A stretch of DNA of 64,000 nucleotides from positions 256,001 to 320,000 of the forward strand of contig CAWJEN010000005.1 in assembly GCA_963841915.1 (NCBI GenBank), in the 5' to 3' direction. The DNA comes from an uncultured Planctomycetota bacterium (GTDB lineage Bacteria > Planctomycetota > Phycisphaerae > Tepidisphaerales > Tepidisphaeraceae). Numbering within the stretch: position 1 is the first letter of the stretch; the number at the start of each line of letters is the position of its first letter. Position numbers and translations under genes: made by a program. This document shows positions 8,488-17,234 of this stretch, piece by piece. Below the pieces are notes generated by a model. That model did not search any database. It saw only the letters and a list, made by a program, of their open reading frames with translations, and had not been told where the DNA came from.

Positions 8488-9870
8488 TTACTTGGGATCA
8501 GTGGCAGTCACCTGCATCGCGTTGACACACGCGAAATCGCCCTGCGACAGCGTGAGGTCGACGAAGACTTGGCCGAATGGGTCAGGCTGAACGTTTACGA
8601 CGCGGGCGAGCTCGTTGTCGTTGGCGTCAGATGCGCCGTCGCTGCCGATGTTGTTGCCGCTGATTTGCAGCGTCACGACGTGCTCACCCTTGCCAATCAT
8701 TCGGTACTCGGTGATTTGAGTCTGCGTCGCGTTGCAAGACCCGAAGAACGCGAACGTGTAGGCCAAGTTCGGGTCGAGGCCGTTGAGCATGAAGCCTCCG
8801 TTTGTGTCGTCGTTGCCACCGCCGCGCTTGTCATCTGCTGTGCTGAAGAAGAAGTCACCCGTGGCAGAACCGACTGCCAGATCACCGAGCAGCGTCGCCT
8901 GCGGATGACGCAGTCCACCCTTCCGCAGGCCGCTTGCTTTAAATTGACCGGTAATGGTCAGGCCGATCCCGGTCTCGTCGCCTTTCGTGCTCACGAGTCG
9001 GCCGCGGTGCTCACCGGGCAGGATGCCGACGTTGCCAGCGCTGCCGTCGTGCCAGTTGTTCCAGACGTTGCCGTGATGATCCGGCCCTTTTGTCACTGCG
9101 CCGTCGTCGCCATCGCTCGGCCCGAAGTCGAACAGGAATGATTCACCCGCCGCCAACGTGGTGGTGTCGGCGGCGGCTTGCTTCTTGTCCGGTGCGAGGT
9201 CGGCTTCGATGGCCGGACGGATTACGCTTCTCCAGAAGCCATAGCCGATCCTGTTGAGGTGAATCTTGTCAACGTACATACTGTTGAACACTTCATCGTC
9301 GTATGGATTCAGCGTTGAGAACGCTCTCGGAAGATCGATGTAATGCAGGCGTTCGTCAGTCTCTGCAAAGCCTGCGATGCGCTGGTTGGCGATGTCCTCT
9401 TGTGGCCGGTTCGCCCTGCGGCCGGGAGTCGGGCTGATGCCAAGGAAGTAGATCTTCGCTGCCGGCAGGCTCGCGTGCACCTTCTCGACGAACCTCTTGT
9501 AGTCGTTGAAGACGGCCTCGCCATCATCGCCGCCCAGGGCGATGTCGTTCGTCCCGGCCCACACCACAACCGCCCGCGGGTTGTATGGGACGATGATGTC
9601 ATCGGTGTAGGCGATGATGTCTTCAAACTTGGCCCCGCCGATACCGCGTTGGATGACGTGGTAGTCGGCGAAGTCACGGGTCAGTGCTTCCCAGCGTCGG
9701 ATGCTGCTGCTGCCGGTGAAGACGATGCCGTTCTGCGGCACCGGATCCAGAGCGTCTTGAGCGACAAAGCGAGCTACCTGTGCGTCGAACTTCGGCGTCT
9801 GGGCAGATGATGCCGCGGCGGTGAGCCCGACGACGCAGGTGACGGTAAAGCCATAGCTGGGGTAACGCAT
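8488..9870 (-). CDS. Secreted SGNH/GDSL esterase with additional C-terminal beta-rich domain
   Basis: Signal peptide; FTGSSSI, RGIGG, WAGTND and DKIH blocks. Confidence 0.85.
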   Translation of the reverse strand: MRYPSYGFTVTCVVGLTAAASSAQTPKFDAQVARFVAQDALDPVPQNGIVFTGSSSIRRWEALTRDFADYHVIQRGIGGAKFEDIIAYTDDIIVPYNPRAVVVWAGTNDIALGGDDGEAVFNDYKRFVEKVHASLPAAKIYFLGISPTPGRRANRPQEDIANQRIAGFAETDERLHYIDLPRAFSTLNPYDDEVFNSMYVDKIHLNRIGYGFWRSVIRPAIEADLAPDKKQAAADTTTLAAGESFLFDFGPSDGDDGAVTKGPDHHGNVWNNWHDGSAGNVGILPGEHRGRLVSTKGDETGIGLTITGQFKASGLRKGGLRHPQATLLGDLAVGSATGDFFFSTADDKRGGGNDDTNGGFMLNGLDPNLAYTFAFFGSCNATQTQITEYRMIGKGEHVVTLQISGNNIGSDGASDANDNELARVVNVQPDPFGQVFVDLTLSQGDFACVNAMQVTATDPK

Positions 9871-9897
9871 GATCCTGCTCTTGTACAACCAACGGCG

Positions 9898-11025
9898 TCA
9901 AGACGGCTCTGCCCGCTTCGCATTCTGCAGCCGCTTTTGCTCGAGGGCCTTCTTCTGCGTGTCGTTCTTGCCGCCACCGACGTTGCCCAGCACGCTGATC
10001 AGCACCTCGCGGTTCTCCTGCGCCCATGCCGCCAGCTTCGCAACGCCCTCCTTTGGGCTCACCTTCGGCGACCATCCTAGATCCCGCTTGGCCTTTGCCG
10101 TGTCGGCGATGAAGCACCGCTGATCCCCCGGCCGCCAGTCATCAAATCTGACCTCGTCCCGATCGCCGCCGAGGTAACCGATTAGCTCCAAGAGGCTCAT
10201 CACGTTCTCGCTGCCACCGCCTGCGTTGTAGACCTTGCCGCTGGCCACGCTCATGTTGCCGATCGCCGCCTGGTACAGGTCGACCAGATCGTCGACCCAC
10301 AGCACGTCGCGCACCTGCTTACCGTCGCCATAGATCGTGATCGGCCGGCCCAGCAGCCGCGCGATCGTGAACCAGGCGATCCAGCCCTGATCTTCCACGC
10401 CAAACTGCCGCGTGCCGTAGATGCAGCTTTGCCTGAAGACGACGGTGTTGAGCCCGTACATGCGGGCATAGTCCCGCACGTACTGGTCGGCCGTGCCCTT
10501 GCTGCAGCCGTAGGGCGAGTGGAAGTCGAGTGGTGCCGTCTCCGGGATGCCGTGCGGATAGTCTGCGTAGCGGTAGCGATCACGCTCGGCATCGAGCTCG
10601 ACCTTGGTCTGCTCCATGCCGCCGTAGACCTTGTTGGTCGACGCAAAGACGAACGCCGCCTCCGGGGCGTGCAGCCGACAGGCCTCAAGCAGGTTGAGCG
10701 TGCCGAGCGCATTGGCCTCGAAGTCCATGCGTGGGTTGAGGAAGCTGGTCGTCACCGCCACCTGCCCGGCAAGGTGGATAACAGCGTGGGCGTCTTTGTG
10801 CTGCTCGAAGAGGCCCAGGCAGTCGGTCTCGTTGCGGATGTCAGTGTGCTGGAACGAGAAGTCGCCGTCGAGGCGGCGGGCCTGATCTTGGAGGAATCGG
10901 ATGTTCTCCACGTTGCCGCGTCGGGAGAGGTTGTCGAAGCCGACGACGCTGACGCCCTGCGACAGGTACCGCTGGGCCACGTGCCCGCCGATGAACCCGG
11001 CGACGCCGGAGATGAGAACTTTCAA
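9898..11025 (-). CDS. NAD-dependent nucleotide-sugar epimerase (CDP-paratose/tyvelose 2-epimerase-like)
   Basis: GVAGFIG, HLAGQVAVTTS, STNKVYG, SPYGCSKG, FRQSCIYG, DQGW. Confidence 0.88.
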   Translation of the reverse strand: MKVLISGVAGFIGGHVAQRYLSQGVSVVGFDNLSRRGNVENIRFLQDQARRLDGDFSFQHTDIRNETDCLGLFEQHKDAHAVIHLAGQVAVTTSFLNPRMDFEANALGTLNLLEACRLHAPEAAFVFASTNKVYGGMEQTKVELDAERDRYRYADYPHGIPETAPLDFHSPYGCSKGTADQYVRDYARMYGLNTVVFRQSCIYGTRQFGVEDQGWIAWFTIARLLGRPITIYGDGKQVRDVLWVDDLVDLYQAAIGNMSVASGKVYNAGGGSENVMSLLELIGYLGGDRDEVRFDDWRPGDQRCFIADTAKAKRDLGWSPKVSPKEGVAKLAAWAQENREVLISVLGNVGGGKNDTQKKALEQKRLQNAKRAEPS

Positions 11026-11315
11026 AGTACTGTCCCTTGCGAGCGGTTGGAGGCAATGCCCATGCGAGGGTTGTAGTCGCCGACTCCACGGGCAACAACG
11101 GCCGCGAACTCGAACGGCACAATCTGACTGCGCTGATAAGGCTAACGATGACGGGCATGCAGATGACGACGGTTGTGACGCGTCACCCCAATCGAACCCC
11201 AGATGTGGCGGCAGACGCGGCAGACGTCACCCACGGCTGGTCTTTTGCAGGAATCGGTCGTTTTTACCATAGTTCCTGCAAAAAGTTATCGGACCGACGT
11301 TAATTGAAGTAAACG

Positions 11316-12233
11316 TTGCGTCCTTACATCATCCTAACTACAACGGCGGTGGTGAGTCCTCTCGCACTCCATGCCGACCTCCAGTCCTACCGCCTGCCGG
11401 CGGCGTGGACCAAGGTGCAAACCGCCCCGGTATTCCCGGGCGTCGAAGTCGGCTGCCTGCACGAGGTTGTCGGTGAAACAGAGTCACGCGGGCTTGGCCT
11501 GACAATCGGATGGATCACCGATGATGCGGATTCGGCCTCGGGTCAGTGTGTCTGGATCGGCAAGCGGGTTTGGCCCGGCCTGGCGACGCTGCACCGGGCC
11601 ACGCTGCTTCATCGGGCGCTGCTACTCGACGCTTCGGCCAGCTCGCTGCGGGCTTGGGCGGCAGAGTTGTGCGTCAAGTGCACCGCCGTCGGGGCTGTCG
11701 TGGTCGACGGCAGCGGGTTTGACCTGACAATGACACGGCGGCTTCAGCTGGCGGTGCGAGGCAGGTCGTGTCGCCTGATCCTGGTGCGACCCGAGCGTCA
11801 GGCCGGCACGTCGGCGGCCGGGTGCCGCTGGCAGATTGAATCTGTGCCGGCCTTGCAGGACGAGCAGACGGGCGACCCACCCAGAAGGCCGCGCTGGAGC
11901 GTGACCTTGTTAAAGAGCAAAGGAGGGCATCGTGCAACTGGTGGCCTGATCGGGCAGGCGGGTGATCGCCCCGCCGGCCTGCTGACGGCCGGAGAGATGT
12001 TTTGCCATGAAGATGTTAAAGCCGACCGACCCAGCCGGGCCGGTGCAACCAATCAAGCTCGATCCTCAGCAGTCGGCCACGCCGGCTCCTCGTGGATCTT
12101 CGAGTGGGACCCTGTTACCGCCCGGGCCAGACAAACCCACACCGCCGACCAAGGCGACGTGGCCCAAGGCGTACCTGGCGTTGTTCCTGCCGACGTGGCC
12201 GGCCGATCGGCGTCTGCGACGTTCGCGGCATAG
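11316..12233 (+). CDS. imuA: ImuA-like RecA-fold mutasome accessory protein (start uncertain)
   Basis: GCLHEV, WAAE..K...VGAVV, RRLQLA, TSAA..RW motifs; directly upstream of imuB. Confidence 0.7.
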   Translation: MRPYIILTTTAVVSPLALHADLQSYRLPAAWTKVQTAPVFPGVEVGCLHEVVGETESRGLGLTIGWITDDADSASGQCVWIGKRVWPGLATLHRATLLHRALLLDASASSLRAWAAELCVKCTAVGAVVVDGSGFDLTMTRRLQLAVRGRSCRLILVRPERQAGTSAAGCRWQIESVPALQDEQTGDPPRRPRWSVTLLKSKGGHRATGGLIGQAGDRPAGLLTAGEMFCHEDVKADRPSRAGATNQARSSAVGHAGSSWIFEWDPVTARARQTHTADQGDVAQGVPGVVPADVAGRSASATFAA

Positions 12234-13692
12234 CAAGACCAAGCGGTCACCCTTCCTCATCATCGGCGTCTCGACCGGTGGCCAGCGGCTTGTGGCCGCA
12301 GCGTGCCGGTCATCGGTCCGCCAAGGTGTTCGTGTCGGAATGACCGTCGCCCACGCCACCGCCGTCCTGCCGGCGGCGCCGCAGGTGTGCGACCACGAAC
12401 CGGCCGAAGACGCAGCCGCCCTGTCGCGGCTCGGCCATTGGGCAATGCGGTTCACGCCCGGCGTCGCCGTCGATCCGCCGACCGGCCTGCTGCTCGACGT
12501 CGGCGGATGCGAGCGACTCTTCGGCGGACTCCTGCCGATCGCCCGGCAGGTTCGTCAGTCCGTCAACCGCCTCGGCATCGGCGCACGCGTGGCCATCGCA
12601 CCGACAGTCGGTCTCGCCTGGGGCCTGAGCCGGTTCGGTGACGAGGGTGTTTGCGGGGCCGTCGCTGACGTGCTGGAGCTACCGACGGCGTCGCTGCGGA
12701 TCGAGCCTGATGTCGTGGCAGCGTTGTCAGAGGTAGGTGTCGATCGTGTCGGGCAGCTCGTCGACATTCCGCGGCACGAAGTCGCGCGGCGATTCGGCGG
12801 TGAAGTGTTGCTGCGACTCGACCAGGCCAGAGGCGAAGCGGTCGAACCGTTGAATTGGCTTCAGGCGACGCAAACGCCGCGGGTCGAGTTTCGATTCGCC
12901 GGGCCTGCGACGCAGTACGAGGCGATCGAGCAGACGGCCGAGCAGCTCGTCGACGCTTTGTGCGACCGGTTGTCCCGCGGTGAGGCGGCGGCGCGGCGGG
13001 TCGTGCTCGACGTCGAGTGCCTCGATGATGATTTGCGGCCCACCTTTGCAACGGCGTCGATCGTTCTGGCGGCAGCGACTCGAGACACATCGCACCTGTG
13101 GAACGTGCTCCGCCCAAAAGTCGAAGCGATCGACATGGGCCGCGGCGTCGAAGCGATGGCATTGTCGGCGACACGCGTTGTTCGGCTGCCGCACGGTCAG
13201 TCACGGCTCGACGGCCGACGCGACACCTCGCAGGACGAGCGCGATCTGGGTCGCTTGGTCGACCTGCTGCAGGGACGGCTGGGTCGACAGAACGTGCTGA
13301 GCGTCGACCCGATGCCGACGCACGTACCCGAGGCGGCGTATCAGTTGCGACCGGCAGACGAACCGGCGGCGGTGGCGTCGCGGTCGCACCCGCCGATACC
13401 GACCAGCGGTGATCGGCCGACGCAACTCTTCGATCCGGCCGAGCCCGTCGACGTCTCATTCATGCACCCCGAAGGGCCGCTGGCGACGCTGCGCTGGCGT
13501 GGCAAGTCCTGGACTGTCGTCACGACCGTCGGTCCCGAACGCATCGGCAGGCGGTGGTGGCAACACAGCCTCTCCAAGCGATCACTCGACGTCCGCGACT
13601 ACTACAAGCTCCAGTGCGACGACGGCCTGTGGTTGTGGGTGTTTCGCACGCGCCCGGCAGGCGTGTGGTTCATCCACGGGATGTGGTCGTGA
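12007..13692 (+). CDS. imuB: ImuB, catalytically inactive Y-family polymerase homologue (start uncertain, possibly near 12160)
   Basis: GVRVGMTVAHA, FTP.V..D...GLLLDV.GCERLFGG, GPERI...WW, RDYY C-terminal motif. Confidence 0.9.
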   Translation: MKMLKPTDPAGPVQPIKLDPQQSATPAPRGSSSGTLLPPGPDKPTPPTKATWPKAYLALFLPTWPADRRLRRSRHSKTKRSPFLIIGVSTGGQRLVAAACRSSVRQGVRVGMTVAHATAVLPAAPQVCDHEPAEDAAALSRLGHWAMRFTPGVAVDPPTGLLLDVGGCERLFGGLLPIARQVRQSVNRLGIGARVAIAPTVGLAWGLSRFGDEGVCGAVADVLELPTASLRIEPDVVAALSEVGVDRVGQLVDIPRHEVARRFGGEVLLRLDQARGEAVEPLNWLQATQTPRVEFRFAGPATQYEAIEQTAEQLVDALCDRLSRGEAAARRVVLDVECLDDDLRPTFATASIVLAAATRDTSHLWNVLRPKVEAIDMGRGVEAMALSATRVVRLPHGQSRLDGRRDTSQDERDLGRLVDLLQGRLGRQNVLSVDPMPTHVPEAAYQLRPADEPAAVASRSHPPIPTSGDRPTQLFDPAEPVDVSFMHPEGPLATLRWRGKSWTVVTTVGPERIGRRWWQHSLSKRSLDVRDYYKLQCDDGLWLWVFRTRPAGVWFIHGMWS

Positions 13693-13729
13693 GCCAAACA
13701 GACAGCACCACGCCGCTACCGTCGCGACC

Positions 13730-14398
13730 ATGACGTCTTCGCTTCGCGTTCTCTCCGCCGGTGGTGGCATCGCCCAGACCAACTGCTACGTCGTCGCCGA
13801 CGACCAGACGGGCGACTGTGTGCTGTTCGATGCGCCCGATCACACGGCAGGTGATTTGCTTCGCGAGGTGCACCGGCTCGGCTGGACGCTTCGCGGTCTG
13901 TGGCTGACGCACGGGCACTTCGACCACGTCGCCGATCACCCGCTCGTGCCGACGGACGTACCGGTGTTGCTTCACCCGCTCGATGCTGAAAAGCTTCGCG
14001 ACCCGGCAAGGCAGCTCGAGGCCTTTGCGCAGCGGAGCGGCTTCCGCGTGCCGCTGGAGATTCCGCCGCGTGAGCCGGACGGCGACTTGACCGACGGACA
14101 AACGCTAAGCATCGGCGGGCTGAGCTGCGTCGTGCTCCACACGCCCGGCCACGCGCCGGGTCATGTGAGCTTCTACTTCGAAGAAGGTAGCCTGCTCATC
14201 GGTGGCGACCTCATCATCGGCGGAGCCGTCGGCCGCACGGATCTGCCTGACAGCGATCCGGCCGCGCTCGATGGCAGTCTTCGGCGCGTCATGGCGTTGC
14301 CAGCAGACACAAAGCTTCTGCCGGGTCACGGCAAGCCGTCATTGCTGGAGACCGAGCAGCGGGACAATCCATTCGTGCGGGCGGCGCTCGGGCTTTAG
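13730..14398 (+). CDS. MBL-fold metallo-hydrolase (glyoxalase II family)
   Basis: THGHFDH, HTPGHAPG, GD, GRTDLP, PGHG. Confidence 0.9.
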   Translation: MTSSLRVLSAGGGIAQTNCYVVADDQTGDCVLFDAPDHTAGDLLREVHRLGWTLRGLWLTHGHFDHVADHPLVPTDVPVLLHPLDAEKLRDPARQLEAFAQRSGFRVPLEIPPREPDGDLTDGQTLSIGGLSCVVLHTPGHAPGHVSFYFEEGSLLIGGDLIIGGAVGRTDLPDSDPAALDGSLRRVMALPADTKLLPGHGKPSLLETEQRDNPFVRAALGL

Positions 14399-16210
14399 AA
14401 GCCGCGCCGCTTGAACTGCTTCTCGAGGTCGTCGAGCGTGAGGCGGAGCGTCGTCGGGCGGCCGTGCGGGCAGTTGGTGGCGCGGGGCGACAAGTGCCTG
14501 CCGCGGACGAGGTGGGCAATCTCCGACTCGCTCAGCGGGTCACCTGCCTTCACCGCCGCCTTGCAGGCCATCATGTCGAGCACGTCGTGGATGGCCGCCT
14601 CGTCACCCGAACCGAGGTCGCTACGGCGAAGCACCTCGGCCACGAAGGTTGCCGGGTCCAGCGACCGCTGGCGTTCGAGCAGCAACGTCGGAAACGCGTG
14701 CACCGCCACCGCATCCGGCCCGAAAGCTTGGGCCTCGATACCCAACCGCTCGAGCATCGGCCCCACATCGTCCAGCCGCGACACCTCGGCCTCGCCTACG
14801 TCGGCCACGCTCGGCAGCAACATCCGCTGCGACTCCAACGGGCCTCGTCGCACACGAGCTAGAAGTTCCTCGTACAGCACCCGCTCGTGCAACGCGTGCT
14901 GGTCGATGATCTCCATGCCTTCGGGCCCTTCGACGACGAGGTAGCTGTTGTGCAGCTGCATCACGCGCGAGGGTGAACATTCCTCAATAGGCGGCGCGTG
15001 ACTGAAGTTGTCATCCGTGGGCGAATGCTCAGGCGTTTTGTCCTCAGCATCGGCAACAGGCAGATCCGCATCCGATCGTCCCTCCAGAAGTCGAGCGCTG
15101 CTCACTCTGCAGCGACGCCTTGAAGAAGTCGGCCAAAGTCTCCCGCACGTCCGCCCGCGGCGGCAGCGGCTCGACCGGCGTCGGCTTGGCCTTCGGAATT
15201 AGGTCGTCACCCAGCAACGTCTCACGCAGCGTCGCGTTCACCAGCGACCAGACGCGGCCCGGCTCACGAAACCGCACCTCATTCTTCGTCGGGTGCACGT
15301 TGACATCGACCGCACCAGGGGGCACGTCGAGCAGCAACACGGCCGGCGGATGGCGTCCCGGTTCGGTCAGGCCACGGAACGCTTCGCGGACGGCATGTTG
15401 CACGCTGCGGTCACTGATCGCTCGGCCGTTGACGTAGAGGTGGTGGTACCGGGCTGACGTCGCGGCGTACTCGGGCAGGCCGACGATGCCCCAGAGGTGC
15501 CAGTCGCCGTCGGTGGCGTCGACGCGAAGCAAGCGCTCGCGATATTCGGCCGGCCATCCCAGCGACAGCCGTGCCCACGGATCGTCCGTCGCAGGCCATT
15601 CGGCGACGGTCTTGCCATCACGCGTATATCGCAGCGACACGTCGGCCCGGGGCAGCATCAGTCGCGTAACGACATCGGTCACCTGCCCGCTCTCGGCGGC
15701 GGCGGCTTTGAGGAACTTGCGTCGGGCGGGCGTGTTGAAGAACAGCTCGCGTGCTTCAACCGTCGTCCCCGCGTTGCCCGCCGCCGGTCGAACGACGCCC
15801 AGCTGCCCGCCGTCGCAGGTGATTTCGCTTGCCTCGTCACCGACCGGCCTGCTCAAGATGCGGCAACGACTGACGCTGCCAATGCTGGCCAAAGCCTCGC
15901 CGCGAAAGCCGAGCGTGGCCACACCTTCGAGTTCCCGATCGTCGCGAACCTTGCTGGTGGCGTGCTGCTGGAAGGCAAGCGGCAACTCGTCGGCCGGGAT
16001 GCCGACGCCATCGTCGACGACGCGGATAAGTCCCTTACCACCGTCTTCAATGTCAACGGTCAGCCGCGTCGCCCCGCCGTCGAGGGCGTTCTCGACCAGC
16101 TCCTTGACAACGCTCGCCGGTCGCGCCACGACCTCACCGGCAGCAATGCGGTCGACGACGTCAGCCGGCAATGGTCGAATCGGACGGCGACTAGGAGAGC
16201 TCTCTGGCAA
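14395..16210 (-). pseudogene. mutL: DNA mismatch repair endonuclease MutL, split by a frameshift near 15090 in the linker
   Basis: N-half: IAAGEVV.RPASVVKELVENALD, HATSK, GFRGEALASI, DVNVHPTK; C-half in another frame: DQHALHERVLYE, ACK, CPHGRP; TTG start at 16210 after GAGGTG. Confidence 0.85.
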
Positions 16211-16245
16211 GCACCTCACCTTATGACGTGAGACCACCAGACGCG

Positions 16246-16276
16246 CAAAGCCGCGTCACACGGTGACGCGGCTTTG
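16246..16276. terminator. Hairpin terminator downstream of the coiled-coil gene
   Basis: CAAAGCCGCGTCAC-ACG-GTGACGCGGCTTTG perfect 14-bp stem. Confidence 0.7.
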
Positions 16277-16319
16277 AAGATTCTACGAAGCGTTTCGTCT
16301 ACTTCCGCAAGTGTCTCGT

Positions 16320-16985
16320 CTACTTCCGCTTCGACTTCGCCCGGCCGGTCGACTCGCTCAAACGTGCGGCGGCATCGGTGAACAGGTCGGCCAGAGCCTC
16401 ACGATCGGCCTTGACGTCCGTCAGATTCGCCGTCGCCGTCTCCAGCGCTTCGGTCAGCTCCGCCTGAACGGCGGCAAGCTCTTCACGCAGCGCGGCGGAC
16501 TCATCAGTCAGCAGGCTCTTGAGCTCAGCGTCACGCTCGACACTGGCAGCGTCGGCGGCTTTGAGCTTGGTGCTGATCGCATCCATCTTGTCGCTGTGGT
16601 CGCTGTCGAGCTTCCGCATCGCGTCGGTGTGACTGCGGTCGAGCTCGCGCAGTTCGTCGCGACCCTTGCTCAGGCCGTCGTCGAGCCGCTCAGACAGGTC
16701 GCTGATGCGGCCGTCAAGGGCCTCGACGGCTGACTCGACGCGGGAGACGATGTCGTCCCGCATCGTCTCCATGTCGGCTTGAATCTGCTCCTCGAGGTCA
16801 CCCAGGCGGCGCTCGGTGTCACGCTGCTGGTTGCCGAAGAGGATGTCGCGAACGCGGTCGAGCGAGTCGGGTGAGCCATCGCTCGCCGCCAGCGCGGCGG
16901 CGTGCCGGCCACCGACGCCGTTGGTCTCGAACGTGTCATCGTCATCGCGGATGCTCTTGCGAATTGCCTTGGTCTTCTTGGCCAT
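16320..16985 (-). CDS. Coiled-coil hypothetical protein
   Basis: LDRVRDILFG motif followed by long heptad-rich helix; high-GC3 codon usage. Confidence 0.75.
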   Translation of the reverse strand: MAKKTKAIRKSIRDDDDTFETNGVGGRHAAALAASDGSPDSLDRVRDILFGNQQRDTERRLGDLEEQIQADMETMRDDIVSRVESAVEALDGRISDLSERLDDGLSKGRDELRELDRSHTDAMRKLDSDHSDKMDAISTKLKAADAASVERDAELKSLLTDESAALREELAAVQAELTEALETATANLTDVKADREALADLFTDAAARLSESTGRAKSKRK

Positions 16986-17234
16986 CGTGGCGCTCGGTTT
17001 CTGCGGGAAGGGTGTCGTGGTCGTTGCTGGGGCGGCCGTCCGTGACGGTCCCATAACGGCGAGGGGAGCTTAACGCAAATCCGCAGGTCTTGGCAACTTT
17101 GCGTGGAACAGGCGGTGATCCCGCGTCGCATTCAGATGCATTGGCCGCCAGATTCTTTCATTATTCGGACGTCTCATTCTCCCAACTGACTGGGCAGACG
17201 GGCCGATGCGGTGCATATCCCGCTCGGACTTGTT

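Noticed and set aside
10772..10780. DnaA-box-like TTATCCACC on the minus strand
   Set aside because: Single imperfect copy inside a CDS; no box cluster or AT-rich unwinding element
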